This document shows positions 18,487 to 30,135 of a stretch of 64,000 nt of DNA, piece by piece. Both the position numbers and the translations under genes were made by a program. Every line of letters starts with the position of its first letter. Position 1 is the stretch's first letter. The DNA comes from Candidatus Latescibacterota bacterium. Lineage in GTDB: Bacteria; Latescibacterota; UBA2968. The DNA is taken from positions 4,544,001-4,608,000 of the forward strand of contig OZ242010.1 in NCBI GenBank assembly GCA_965204745.1. Direction: 5' to 3'. The notes under the pieces were generated by a model that was given only the letters and a program-made list of their open reading frames with translations, ran no database searches and was not told where the DNA came from.

Positions 18487-21400
18487 ATGCGTAACCGGAT
18501 TTTATCAACGGGCTTGTTGATGACCGCTCTGATCGTGCTGATCTTTCTGAGCTATCGGGCCGTTGCTGAACCCGATGCCCAAGGTGGCGCGACCACAGGG
18601 GAAATTTCCCCGATTGCTGAACCGCACGCGAAAATGCCCGATGTACGCAAAGCACGGCGGTTGCTCGAACGCATCGCCGAAGCCACGCACAGATCGGATG
18701 ACATTACACAGCGCACGAAAGTTGCCGCTGGCGCCAATGCCAATACGCGGCTGTCGCTCGACCTGATCGCCAATGGCGGATCGGGCAATCGGCGAAATGA
18801 TGGCGTCACATCGGGCACCGTGTCTGGGCGAGGCACCAAAATTGCCATTGAGATTTTCGCAACCGGCGTCACCACCCCTTTGATCGGCATGCAACTTCGG
18901 TTTGACTTTGATTCGTCCCTCGTCACCTTTGTCAAAGCCGAGAACAGCGCGTTTGCCTTGAACCTGCCATCACCACCGACGGGCACAGACTTCGCGGCGA
19001 CGTCACCGGTCACATTGCCATCGTCTAATTTTCTGGCACGGGCAGAGTTCACCACAGCGTCCGATGTCACGGATAGGGAATTTTCCATTGGCATTGCGTC
19101 GGTGGTGCTTTCTGAAAGCCAGTCCTCGAGCGACAGGCTCATCACGAGAAACCGGATCTCGTTTAACGTTCCCACTACTCTCACGCCCGATTTTGATGGC
19201 GATGGGATGGTAGGCTTTTCCGACTTCTTGGCGTTTGCAGGGCGATATGGCACGCGGCGCGGGGATGGCAGATACCAAGCCAAGTACGATTTGAACCGCG
19301 ATGGCGCAATAGACTTTTCTGATTTTCTGAGTTTTGCCGGCAGTTATGGCAAGCCGCCCCCTAACAGTGGCGGTAGCAGTCCCGACGGTGAGCAACGGGG
19401 CGGTACGCCCAAGATGTACTGGGTGGACACGGGGAAGATTCAGCGTGCCAACCTCGATGGCTCGAATGTCGAAGACCTCATCACCACAGGATTGAGTGCG
19501 CCAGATGGCATCGCGCTGGATGTGGAACGCGGAAAGATGTACTGGACGGACTGGATCGCGGATAAGATTCAGCGTGCCAACCTCGATGGCTCAAATGTTG
19601 AAGACCTCATCACCACAGGATCGTATGGGCTAAGGGGCATCGCGCTGGATGTGGAGCGCGGAAAGATGTACTGGACGGACTGGTACACGGCTAAGATTCA
19701 GCGTGCCAACCTCAATGGCTCGAATGTCGAAGACCTCATCACCACAGGATTGAAGTCGCTAGATGGCATCGCGCTGGATGTGGAACGCGGAAAGATGTAC
19801 TGGACGGACTATGGCACGAATAAGATTCAGCGTGCCAACCTCGATGGCTCGAATGTCGAAGACCTCATCACCACAGGATTGAGGCTGCCACGGGGCATCG
19901 CGCTGGATGTGGAACGCGGAAAGATGTACTGGACGGACTATAGCACGAATAAGATTCAGCGTGTGCCAACCTCAATGGCTCAAATGTTGAAGACCTCATC
20001 ACCACAGGATTGAGGTATCCAGGTGGCATCGCGCTGGATGTGGAGCGCGGAAAGATGTATTGGACGGACTGGGGGGCACGGCTTAAGATTCAGCGTGCCA
20101 ACCTCGATGGCTCGAATGTCGAAGACCTCATCACCACAGGATTGAGGCTGCCACGGGGCATCGCACTGGATACCTCGGGGGCCGGTAGCAACGGCGGCGG
20201 TGGCAGTAGTCCCGATCTGATCGTTGAATCGCCTTCGGTCAGCGATAGCACCTTGACGCCTGGGCAATCCTTCACCTTGCAAGCCACAGTTCGCAATCGC
20301 GGCACGGGACAATCAGCCTCGACGACCTTGCGCTATTATCAATCGTCCAACGCGACGATCGCCACGAGCGATACAGAAGTGGGCACGGATTCGGTCAGCG
20401 GTCTTTCGGCTTCGGGCACGGGTTCGGGATTGATCCGTCTAACTGCTCCGTCGAGTGCTGGCACGTATTACTACGGCGCGTGCGTGGCAAGCGTCAGCGG
20501 CGAGAGCAACACCGACAACAACTGCTCGGATGGCGTGCGCGTCACGGTGAGTAGCGGCGGTGGCGGTGGCGGTACGCCCAAGATGTACTGGGTGGACCAG
20601 GAGGCGGCTAAGATTCAGCGTGCCAACTTGGATGGCTCCCAGGTTGAAGACCTCATCACCACAGGATTGGGTACGCCATCTGGCATCGCGCTGGATGTGG
20701 GACGCGGAAAGATGTACTGGACAGACTGGGACACGGATAAGATTCAGCGTGCTAGCTTGGATGGCTCCAATGTCGAAGACCTCATCACCACGGGATTGTG
20801 GCAGCCACTTGGCATCGCGCTGGATGTGGGACGCGGAAAGATGTACTGGACAGACCAGGGCACGGCTAAGATTCAGCGTGCCAACTTGGATGGCTCCAAT
20901 GTCGAAGACCTCATCACCACAGGATTGAGGCGACCAGTTGGCATCACGCTGGATGTGAGACGCGGAAAGATGTACTGGACGGACTGGGACACGGAGAAAA
21001 TTCAGCGTGCCAACTTGGATGGCTCCCAGGTTGAAGACCTCATCACCACAGGATTGAGTTACCCACGGGGCATCGTGCTGGATGTGGGACGCGGAAAGAT
21101 GTACTGGACGGACTATGGCACGGAGAAGATTCAGCGTGCCAACTTGGATGGCTCCAATGTCGAAGACCTCATCACCACAGGATTGAGTTATCCACTTGGC
21201 ATCGCGTTGGATGTGGGACGCGAAAAGATGTACTGGACGGACTGGGACACGGAGAAGATTCAGCGTGCCAACTTGGATGGTTCCAATGCCGAAGACCTCA
21301 TCACCACAGGATTGAGGGAGCCAAATGGCATCGCGCTGGATACCTTGGGGGCCGGTAGTATCAGTCGTCCCGATCTGATCGTTGAATCGCCTTCTGTCAG

Positions 21401-24137
21401 CGACAGCACGCTGACGCCTGGGCAATCCTTTACCTTGCGCGCCACGGTTCGCAATCGCGGCACGGGGCAATCAGCCTCGACGATCTTGCGCTATTATCAA
21501 TCGTCCAAATCGACGATCGCCACGAGCGATACAGAAGTGGGCACGGATTCGGTCAGCGGTCTTTCGGCTTCGGGCACGGGTTCGGAATCGGTCAGTCTAA
21601 CTGCGCCGTCGAGTGCCGGCACGTATTACTACGGCGCGTGCGTGGCAAGCGTCAGCGGCGAGAGCAACACCGATAACAACTGCTCGGATGGCGTGCGCGT
21701 TACGGTGAGTAGCGGCGGTGGCGATGGTGGCGATGGCGATGGCGGTGGCGGTGGCGGTGGCGGCGAGGTTGGTACGCCGAAGATGTACTGGAGAGACACT
21801 GGCACGGCCAAGATTCAGCGTGCCAACTTGGATGGCTCTCAGGTCAAAGACCTCATCACCACAGGATTGAGGGAGCCACTTGGCATCGCGCTGGATGTGG
21901 GACGCGGAAAGATGTACTGGACGGACTATGGCACGGATAAGATTCAGTGTGCCAACCTCGATGGCTCCCAGGTTGAAGACCTCATCACCACAGGATTGAC
22001 TACGCCAGTTGGCATCGTGCTGGATGTGGAACGCGGAAAGATGTACTGGACGGACACTGGCACGGATAAGATTCAGCGTGCCAACTTGGATGGCTCCAAT
22101 GTCGAAGACCTCGTCACCACAGGATTGACTACGCCAGAAGGCATCGCGCTGGATGTGGAACGCGGAAAGATGTACTGGACGGACTGGGGCACGACTAAGA
22201 TTCAGCGCGCCAACTTGGATGGCTCTCAGGTCGAAGACCTCATCACCACAGGATTGACTACGCCAGTTGGCATCGCGCTGGATGTGGAACGCGGAAAGAT
22301 GTACTGGACGGACACTGGCACGGCCAAGATTCAGCGTGCCAACTTGGATGGCTCCAATGTCGAAGACCTCATCACCACAGGATTGAGTAGGCCAAATGGC
22401 ATCGCGCTGGATGTGGGCCGCGGAAAGGTGTACTGGACGGACATTGGCACGGCTAAGATTCAGCGTGCCAACTTGGATGGCTCTCAGGTCGAAGACCTCA
22501 TCACCACAGGATTGAGGACGCCAGGTGGCATCGCGCTGGATACCTCGGGGGCCGGTAGTATCAGTCGTCCCGATCTGATCGTTGAATCGCCTTCGGTCAG
22601 CGACAACACGCTAACGCCTGGGCAATCCTTTACCCTGAAAGCCACAGTTCGCAACCGGGGCACGGGGCAATCAGCCTTGACGACCTTGCGCTATTATCAA
22701 TCGTCCGACGCGACGATCTCCACGAGCGATACAGAAGTGGGCACAGCTTCGGTCAGCGGTCTTTCGGCTTCGGGCATGGGTTCGGAATCGATCAGTCTGA
22801 CTGCGCCGTCGAGTGCTGGCACGTATTACTACGGCGCGTGCGTGGCAAGCGTCAGCGGCGAGAGCAACACCGACAACAACTGCTCGGATGGCGTGCGCGT
22901 CACGGTCGAGGTCAAGGATGACCACAGCAATACCCGATCTGACGCGACCAGCCTGTCTTTGGGTAGCTCACGCTCTGGGCAGATAGACACCGGCGGCGAT
23001 GTCGATTACTTCAGAGTGCAAGTCAGCCGTTCTGGCACCTTGACGGTTTATACGACAGGATACACCGATACTTATGGTACGTTGCAAAACCGTTTCGGCT
23101 CCTCTTTGGAAACCGATGACGATGGAGGAAGTGGTAATAATTTCAGTATCGAACGTTCCGTGAGTGCGGGGACCTACTACATCGCAGTACGAGGATATGA
23201 CTCGTCAGCGACTGGAAGTTATGCCGTTCACGCAAATCACGAAGAGGCAGAGGTCTCCGGCACCGCAGGGACCTTCCACATTGATCTCGTCTTCCCCAAC
23301 GACAGCGACTTCACGGCCTCACAGAAAGCATTGTTCCAGCAGGCCGCCACGCACTGGATGTCGATCATCACAGAAGACCTTCCGGATATCGACTTTTCGA
23401 CCAATCCGGTCTACTACTATGACGTGTTGTTGGGCCTGATTCACGTCGACGACGCTGTAGATGATTTGCGGATATACGTGCGTAGCGTCTATATTGACGG
23501 GTTGAGTAATACGCTGGGGCAAGCGGGGCCATTACATATACGGCACAGTTCTAACCTGCCGAGCCTCGGCATCCTACTCCTCGATGCGGCTGACCTAAAG
23601 CGCATGGAAGAGGACGGATTCTTGTACTCGGTGATTCTTCACGAGATGGGGCATGTGCTGGGAATCGGTACCCTCTGGAGCGAACACGGCTGGCTTCAGA
23701 ATCCATCTTCCAACAACCCGGGGGCAGACACGCACTTTACCGGGCCGCGGACGATTCAGGCGTTCGACAATGCGGAAGGTTGGGACTACACAGGGGCTAA
23801 GGTACCGGTAGAGAATGAGCGCGATAAAGGCCAAGACGGGCATTGGCGGGAGCGCGTGTTGGACCATGAACTCATGACGGGATGGACAGAGAGGGGCATG
23901 CCCGAAGCCCTGAGCGCGATCACGATCCAATCTTTAGCCGACCTCGGCTATCGAGTTGACATCAGTCGGGCCGACGCATACAGCTTGCCCGACCCAACCC
24001 AGGTGAGTGCGAAAACCGCCGAGGGACATGGCCTCAGTTTCGAGAACTGCATCCGAAGCGGGCCGATCTACGTCGTAGATGAGCAGGGGCGCGTCCTCCG
24101 CATTATCGAAAATGAGGCGCACCCCGCCAAAGAATAA
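18487..24137 (+). CDS. Giant secreted protein: cohesin-like, EF-hand/dockerin-like, 3x[6 YWTD (LDLR class B) repeats + CARDB], PPC, leishmanolysin-like M8 metallopeptidase; frameshifted at about 19962
   Basis: DFDGDGMVGFSDFL, 18x KMYWTD-type repeats, PDLIVESPSVS, HEMGHVLGIG...GHWRE...ELMT. An extra GT (CAGCGTGTGCC vs CAGCGTGCC) splits ORFs 18487-20013 and 20010-24137. Confidence 0.85.
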
Positions 24138-24183
24138 ACAGCGGGACTTGGGGAAGGGAACGCCCAGTAGGGATGTTGGGCGG

Positions 24184-24246
24184 ACTGACCACTAACCACT
24201 AACCACTGACCACTGACAACTGACAACTGACAACTGACAACTGACC
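24184..24246. repeat. Heptamer tandem repeat (CTRACMA)x~9
   Basis: Direct reading, immediately before the thiG ATG. Confidence 0.9.
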
Positions 24247-25023
24247 ATGACAAACGACTTCACAATCGCAGGCGTGACCTACCGATCTCGACTGTTGATC
24301 GGCAGCGCGCGCTATCCCAACATGCAAGTGATGCTGAAGGCCATCGAGGCCAGCGGGGCAGAGATCGTCACCGTGGGGATACGGCGGATCGACATGCATG
24401 ACGCATCCGGCGAGGGCGTGCTCAATTTGCTCGACAGATCGCGCTACGCCATTTTGCCCAATACAGCCGGGTGTTTCACGGCGCGAGACGCGGTGTTGAC
24501 CGCAAAATTGGCACGCGAAGCACTCGAAACCGATTGGGTCAAATTGGAGGTGATCGGGGATGAGCGCACCTTGTTTCCGGACGTGACCGGGTTGCTCCAC
24601 GCTGCCGAAACACTGGTGAACGACGGGTTCACCGTGTTGCCCTATTGCAATGACGATCCCATTACCTGCAAGAAATTGGAGGACTTGGGATGCGCTGCGG
24701 TGATGCCCCTCGGCGCGCCCATTGGTTCGGGCATGGGGATTCGCAATCCCTACAACATTCAAATCATTTTGGATTCGGTGCGCGTGCCGGTGATCGTGGA
24801 TGCGGGCGTGGGCACGGCGTCCGACGCTGCGTTGGCAATGGAATTGGGATGCGATGGCGTGTTGCTGAATACCGCAGTCGCGGGGGCGCGGCATCCGGTA
24901 AAGATGGCCCGAGCGATGAAAAACGGGGTTCAGGCCGGGCGATGGGCGTTTGAGGCCGGGCGGATTCCCCGCAAGTTGTACGCCACGGCTTCCACGACAA
25001 TGGAAGGACGGGTGGTCTTGTGA
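24247..25023 (+). CDS. thiG: Thiazole synthase
   Basis: [38 protein letters not shown]. Confidence 0.97.
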   Translation: MTNDFTIAGVTYRSRLLIGSARYPNMQVMLKAIEASGAEIVTVGIRRIDMHDASGEGVLNLLDRSRYAILPNTAGCFTARDAVLTAKLAREALETDWVKLEVIGDERTLFPDVTGLLHAAETLVNDGFTVLPYCNDDPITCKKLEDLGCAAVMPLGAPIGSGMGIRNPYNIQIILDSVRVPVIVDAGVGTASDAALAMELGCDGVLLNTAVAGARHPVKMARAMKNGVQAGRWAFEAGRIPRKLYATASTTMEGRVVL

Positions 25024-25649
25024 CGCCCCTCTATCTGATTGCGGATCGGGCGACGTGCGGGGATCGTCCGCTGTTGGATGTGCTCGCGCGGGCATTGGAC
25101 GCGGGCGTGCGATTGGTGCAGGTGCGAGAAAAGGCCCTGCACCGCGATGCGTTGAACGCACTGGCTACCCGCGCGTTGTCTCTCACTGCGCGTTATGACG
25201 CGATGCTCTTGATCAACTCCGCAACCGATGTCGCGCTGAAGCTCGGCGTGCAAGGCGTGCATTTGCCGAGCGATGTATCGCCGCGAGGGACCCGCGATTG
25301 GGCCATAGCCCGCGGCGCACGGGATTTTTTGATCGGCTATTCCGCGCATACGCTCGCGGAATTGGATCGCGCAGAGGGCGCGGATTTTGTGACGTACAGC
25401 CCCATTTTCACACCGGGGTCCAAGCCCGGTTACGATGGCGCGAAAGTGGGCCTTGTCGGACTCGCGCAAGCCGTAACGCATTCTCCCATGCCCGTGTACG
25501 CCCTCGGCGGGATAACCCCCGGTCGCACCTCCAAATGCAGGGCGACGGGATGCGCGGGCGTCGCGGCGATGTCGGGCATTTTGGCGGCAACAGATCCGGG
25601 CAGAGCCGTGCGCGAATATTTAGCAGCGTGGGAAGAGTTTGAACCATGA
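25020..25649 (+). CDS. Thiamine-phosphate synthase family (ThiE/TenI-like)
   Basis: [33 protein letters not shown]. Confidence 0.85.
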   Translation: MTPLYLIADRATCGDRPLLDVLARALDAGVRLVQVREKALHRDALNALATRALSLTARYDAMLLINSATDVALKLGVQGVHLPSDVSPRGTRDWAIARGARDFLIGYSAHTLAELDRAEGADFVTYSPIFTPGSKPGYDGAKVGLVGLAQAVTHSPMPVYALGGITPGRTSKCRATGCAGVAAMSGILAATDPGRAVREYLAAWEEFEP

Positions 25650-26443
25650 AACAAGCACTGACTATCGCGGGATCAGACTCTGGCGGGGGCGCGGGCATTC
25701 AGGCGGATTTGAAAGCCTTTCACGCGCACGGCGTATTTGGCCTGTCGGCGATAACATCGGTCACAGCGCAAAATACCCAAGCCGTGTGCGCGGCCTATGA
25801 GTTGCCCGAACAGATCATCCGCGCTCAGATCGCCGCCGTGTTCGACGATTTTGAGATCGCCGCGGTCAAGACCGGGATGCTGTCCTCCTGCGCGATTGTC
25901 GAGGCCGTGGGCGATGCGTTGGCAACGCGCAACCGGCAACCGCTCGTGGTCGATCCGGTGATGGTTTCCACCAGTGGATTTCCATTGCTCAACGCCGATG
26001 CCATCCAAGGCATTGTCCATCACCTATTGCCCCTCGCAACTGTTGTGACGCCCAACCGGCATGAAGCGGAAGTGTTGGCCCACCAAAAAATCGACACGCG
26101 AACAGCCGCGGGCATTGCCGCGCGAAAAATCGCCGATTTGGGCGCGCGTGCCGTGCTGGTCAAAGGCGGGCATTTGCAGGGCGCGGCTGTGGATGTGCTG
26201 TGGGATGGCGATAGCGAGACGCTTTTTGAATGCGAACGCCTAACCACCGCGAACACGCACGGAACCGGATGCACCTTAGCCTCGGCAATCGCCGCCAATT
26301 TGGCCCTGGGATGCGGGTTGCGCGATGCCATCGCCAAAGCAAAAACGTACCTTACCGAAGCCATCCGGCACGGCCCGAACATCGGCAAAGGCAATGGCCC
26401 GACCGATCATTTTTATTTTTTTCGACAAGTGATTCTGCGATGA
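25646..26443 (+). CDS. thiD: Hydroxymethylpyrimidine/phosphomethylpyrimidine kinase
   Basis: LTIAGSDSGGGAGIQADLK, VDPVM, TPNRHEA, THGTGCTL. Confidence 0.97.
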   Translation: MKQALTIAGSDSGGGAGIQADLKAFHAHGVFGLSAITSVTAQNTQAVCAAYELPEQIIRAQIAAVFDDFEIAAVKTGMLSSCAIVEAVGDALATRNRQPLVVDPVMVSTSGFPLLNADAIQGIVHHLLPLATVVTPNRHEAEVLAHQKIDTRTAAGIAARKIADLGARAVLVKGGHLQGAAVDVLWDGDSETLFECERLTTANTHGTGCTLASAIAANLALGCGLRDAIAKAKTYLTEAIRHGPNIGKGNGPTDHFYFFRQVILR

Positions 26444-27087
26444 AGAAAATTGGCAAACTCCATGTGATAACCGATATCGTCTGTCAAGATCGCTTCTCAC
26501 ACGAGGCGTTGGCGCGACTGGCCGTTGCAGGCGGGGCCGATGCGATTCAGTTTCGGCAAAAAGCGGGCGCGACGCGCGAGTTGATCCAGACCGCGATTGC
26601 CGTGAAACAAGCGTGTGGCGACGTGCCCTTAATCGTGAATGATCGGGTCGATGTGGCGATAGCCGCAGGCGCGGATGGCGTGCATTTGGGGCAGGAGGAT
26701 TTCCCCATTGACCGGGCGCGCGCCCTGCTCGGGGAAAGCGCGCTGATCGGCGGCACCGCAAAAACGCGCTCGCAAGCGCGTCAGTGCATGGCACAAGGCG
26801 CGGATTACATCGGCTTTGGCCCGATTTACACCACTGATTCAAAAGCCGATGCCGGAAGCGCGAAGGGGCTGGATGCCTTGCGCGAGTTGGTCGCTGGGAT
26901 CGACATTCCGATTGTCGCTATCGGGGGCATCGGCCTAGAAAATGTCGTTGACGTGATGGACACTGGCGCGCACGGCATCGCGGTGATCTCAGCGGTGTGC
27001 TGTCAGGCCGACCCCGCGGAGGCGACAAGGAAGTTGCGGAACGCTACATTATCGGTACCCCCCGTTACTCGCTACGCTTCGTTGTAG
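26440..27087 (+). CDS. thiE: Thiamine-phosphate synthase
   Basis: IQFRQK, LIVNDRVDVA, GVHLGQED, GPIYTTDSK, VAIGGI; ATGA overlap with thiD. Confidence 0.93.
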   Translation: MKKIGKLHVITDIVCQDRFSHEALARLAVAGGADAIQFRQKAGATRELIQTAIAVKQACGDVPLIVNDRVDVAIAAGADGVHLGQEDFPIDRARALLGESALIGGTAKTRSQARQCMAQGADYIGFGPIYTTDSKADAGSAKGLDALRELVAGIDIPIVAIGGIGLENVVDVMDTGAHGIAVISAVCCQADPAEATRKLRNATLSVPPVTRYASL

Positions 27088-27405
27088 GCTACGCCTGTGC
27101 CTAAGAGGAAGGGGGAAACTGTGAGAGGTTTTGCGAGGGGACCTACCCCCTAGCCCCGTTACTCGCTACGCTTCGTTGTAGGCTACGCCTGTGCCTAAGA
27201 GGAAGGGGAAATGGCGAGCGGTTTTGCGCGGGGATGGTGTGAGGGATTTTTAATCGCTTTATGCCCTCGCGCAACGCCATCAGAGCAACCAGAGCGAGAA
27301 GCCATCAAAGGAGCTTTACTCCCCTTTCCTCGTAGGAAAGGGGCCGGGGGATAGGTCCCCTCGCGCAACGCCATCAGAGCAACTAGAACTAGAAGCCATC
27401 AAAGG
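27055..27405. repeat. REPIN-like composite repeat cluster
   Basis: Two copies of GTTACTCGCTACGCTTCGTTGTAGGCTACGCCTGTG plus hairpins and core shared with 1519 and 15995. Confidence 0.85.
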
Positions 27406-27457
27406 AAATCGCCTCGTTTTATTTTTTTGATTAGAACAACTCGAGATCAAATGGGTA

Positions 27458-28363
27458 CTATGTGGTTGCACCCGTGCGGGCTTGGATGTCTGACATGTCT
27501 TCGACGACTGTGAGCAGGCCCGAATGGTCGAGTTCGCCCCGGCCTTTGACCATTGCCGTTTTGAACAATTCAAAAACCTCGCTGGTGACGGGCAAGGGCA
27601 CGCCGAAGTCGTTGCTCGTTTTTTGGATGATGTTGAGGTCTTTGTAGTGCAGGCGGATGCGAAAGCCCGGGTCAAAGTCGCCGTTGACCATGCGTTCGCC
27701 CCGGTTTTCGAGGACGCCGCAACGCGCGAGTCCGCCGCTGAGGACTTGCACGATTTTGAGCGGATCAACGCCCGCTTTCGCGCCCATTGTGAGGGCTTCA
27801 GAGACGCCGGCAATGGTGATGGCGACGAGGATTTGGTTGCACGCTTTCACGGTTTGCCCGGCGCCGAGGGGGCCGCACAAGACCGCGCTTTGGCCCATGA
27901 TGTCAAAGAGCGGTTTGACGGTGTTGAACGTGTCTTCGTCGCCGCCGACCATGATGGAGAGGGTGGCGTTTTGCGCGCCGATGTCGCCGCCGCTGACGGG
28001 GGCATCCAGACATTTGACGCCTTTTTCTGCGAGCACATTCCCCACATGCGCGGCAGTGCTGGGCGCGATGGTGCTCATATCGACGAAGATCATGCCTTCG
28101 TGCGCGCCTTCGACAATACCGCCCGCGCCCAAGGCGACGCTTTCCACGTCGGGCGAATCGGGCAACATGGTGATGGCGATGTCACTTTGTTCGGCCACGG
28201 CTTTGCCAGAGCAGGCGGCCATGGCCCCTTTGCCGACGAGTTCGTCAACCGCGTCTCGGCTGCGATTGTGAACGATGAGGTCATACCCGGCGGCGAGTAA
28301 ATGCCCGGCCATGGGCTTGCCCATGATTCCGAGGCCGATAAATCCAACTTTTGGTTGCGACAT
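27458..28363 (-). CDS. garR: 2-hydroxy-3-oxopropionate reductase / beta-hydroxyacid dehydrogenase
   Basis: GFIGLGIMGKPMA, DAPVSGG, GAGQTVKACNQ, FDPGFRIRLHYKDL. Confidence 0.85.
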   Translation of the reverse strand: MSQPKVGFIGLGIMGKPMAGHLLAAGYDLIVHNRSRDAVDELVGKGAMAACSGKAVAEQSDIAITMLPDSPDVESVALGAGGIVEGAHEGMIFVDMSTIAPSTAAHVGNVLAEKGVKCLDAPVSGGDIGAQNATLSIMVGGDEDTFNTVKPLFDIMGQSAVLCGPLGAGQTVKACNQILVAITIAGVSEALTMGAKAGVDPLKIVQVLSGGLARCGVLENRGERMVNGDFDPGFRIRLHYKDLNIIQKTSNDFGVPLPVTSEVFELFKTAMVKGRGELDHSGLLTVVEDMSDIQARTGATT

Positions 28364-28391
28364 GTGATACTCCTTTCCTTTTTTGTGTGCG

Positions 28392-29219
28392 CTAAACGAA
28401 TAAGGGCTGATCGGATTGTGGGACGATGCCCGCTTTTTCGGCGCGTGCGAACAAGTCCGCGATGGCGGCCTCGCCATCTGTGCCGTAGTCCAGCGTGTAG
28501 TGGTTGACGTAGAGGTCGATGTGTCGTTGCATCACGGCTTCGTCCATTTCCTGCGCGTGCTGGCGGATGTAATTTTTGACCGCATCCGGATTGGCGTGTG
28601 CGTATTCCACGCTGGCGCGCAAGGAGCGGTCGATGTGCTGAATGTTCTCGCGTCCGAGATCGCGGCGGGCGAGGATGCCGCCGAGGGGAATGGGATGCCC
28701 GGTGCTCGCTTCCCACCACTCGCCCAAGTCGATGACTTTGTGCAAGCCGTACTCCGGGTACGTGAATCGGGATTCGTGGATGATCACGCCAGCGTCAACA
28801 TCGCCTTGTTGCGCGGCGTCCATGATTTCGTGAAAGGGCATGACGGCGAGGTCGGTCAACGCGGGATTGAAGAGGCGCAATAAGAGCGCGGCTGTGGTGA
28901 GCCGGCCGGGAATGGCGATGCGCTTGCCCAAGAGATCGTCGGGATCGAGCGCGTCAGGGGCGACGACGAGCGGGCCACACCCTCGGCCCAACGCGCCCCC
29001 GGAATGCAGCAGGCAATACCGGTCGCGCATCAAAGCGAGGGCGTGGAATGAGATTTTGGTCATGTCCAACTGCCCGGCCATTGCCAGGCGATTCAGGGTT
29101 TCGATATCTTCGAGCACCTCGCGGCATGCTGGCGCGCCGTCAATTTTGCCGTGAACCAGCCCGTAGAAAATGTACGTGTCATTGGGACACGGGGAATAGC
29201 CGAGAGAGATATGGGACAT
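28392..29219 (-). CDS. mqnD: 1,4-dihydroxy-6-naphthoate synthase
   Basis: GYSPCPNDTYIF, GGALGRGCGPL, IIHESRFTY, HIDLYVN. Confidence 0.95.
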   Translation of the reverse strand: MSHISLGYSPCPNDTYIFYGLVHGKIDGAPACREVLEDIETLNRLAMAGQLDMTKISFHALALMRDRYCLLHSGGALGRGCGPLVVAPDALDPDDLLGKRIAIPGRLTTAALLLRLFNPALTDLAVMPFHEIMDAAQQGDVDAGVIIHESRFTYPEYGLHKVIDLGEWWEASTGHPIPLGGILARRDLGRENIQHIDRSLRASVEYAHANPDAVKNYIRQHAQEMDEAVMQRHIDLYVNHYTLDYGTDGEAAIADLFARAEKAGIVPQSDQPLFV

Positions 29220-29298
29220 GGCGAACCTCACGAAAAGCGGTTTTCATTTTTTTTGGCTCTCGTTACTCGCTACGCTTCGTTGTAGGCTACGCCTGTGC

Positions 29299-30135
29299 CT
29301 ACGAGGAAGATACAAGGGGGGAAGAACGTCTCCCCTCCCCGTTTCGGGGAGGGGCCGGGGGAGGGGTTCTGTTTGATTTTAAGACAGCTTCTGAGATGGA
29401 CGGTATAAGTTTTCGCACGGCGGTTTGGGCGCGGTGGACCGCTCGGGGGATTTCCCACGCGGCTTTGTCGCGATCTTCCACGCGGTTGCTGATGGCGCGC
29501 AGTTCGAGGAAGGGGACCGCGTAGAGGGTGCAGAGATGCGCGGCGGCCACGCCTTCCATGGTTTCGCAAATCGCGTTGAAACGCGCTGCCAACGCATCGC
29601 CGATGTCGCGGCGGCCCGTGCATTGTTGCACGGTGACAAATGGCCCTCGCGCCACGGGTTCGCCCGATTGCTCGAGGATGCGTTCGGCTTTGGCGACGAG
29701 TGTGGAATCGAGGGGATACGCATTGTAATAGTCGCGGTCTGTCGAGAGAATGGGAATGCCGATTTCCTCTGCGGGACGCCAACCCGCGGGCGTGAGAACG
29801 CCCAGTTCGCCGTAATTTTCCTGGGTGGCGAGCGCGAGGTCGCCCGGGCCGAGGTTAGATGCGAGGTAAGCACCGCCAATGCCGATTTGCAGAACGAGGG
29901 CGGGATTGAGGCGTTCCAGCGCGGCGGTGAGGGCCTGCGCGGTGTTGACCATCCCAACGCCGGTTTCGACGAGGACCACGGGTACATTACAGAGCATGCC
30001 GCAAAAATGGGGGCGATGTCCCACCTGCTTTATGGTCAGGCCCTCGCGCAAATTTTGTTGCTCATAAGCCGTGGCGGTGAGGATGAGCAGGGGATCACGC
30101 GCCTCGCCAAGTCGTGTCGATGCTCGTGTACCCAT
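29299..30135 (-). CDS. mqnB: Futalosine hydrolase
   Basis: TGVGMVNTA, GIGGAY, ETMEG, ELRAISNRVEDRD; adjacent to mqnD. Confidence 0.9.
   Translation of the reverse strand: MGTRASTRLGEARDPLLILTATAYEQQNLREGLTIKQVGHRPHFCGMLCNVPVVLVETGVGMVNTAQALTAALERLNPALVLQIGIGGAYLASNLGPGDLALATQENYGELGVLTPAGWRPAEEIGIPILSTDRDYYNAYPLDSTLVAKAERILEQSGEPVARGPFVTVQQCTGRRDIGDALAARFNAICETMEGVAAAHLCTLYAVPFLELRAISNRVEDRDKAAWEIPRAVHRAQTAVRKLIPSISEAVLKSNRTPPPAPPRNGEGRRSSPLVSSS

Noticed and set aside
19408-22545. Diversity-generating retroelement target
   Set aside because: No reverse transcriptase or template repeat in the window, and silent adenines are invariant across repeats.
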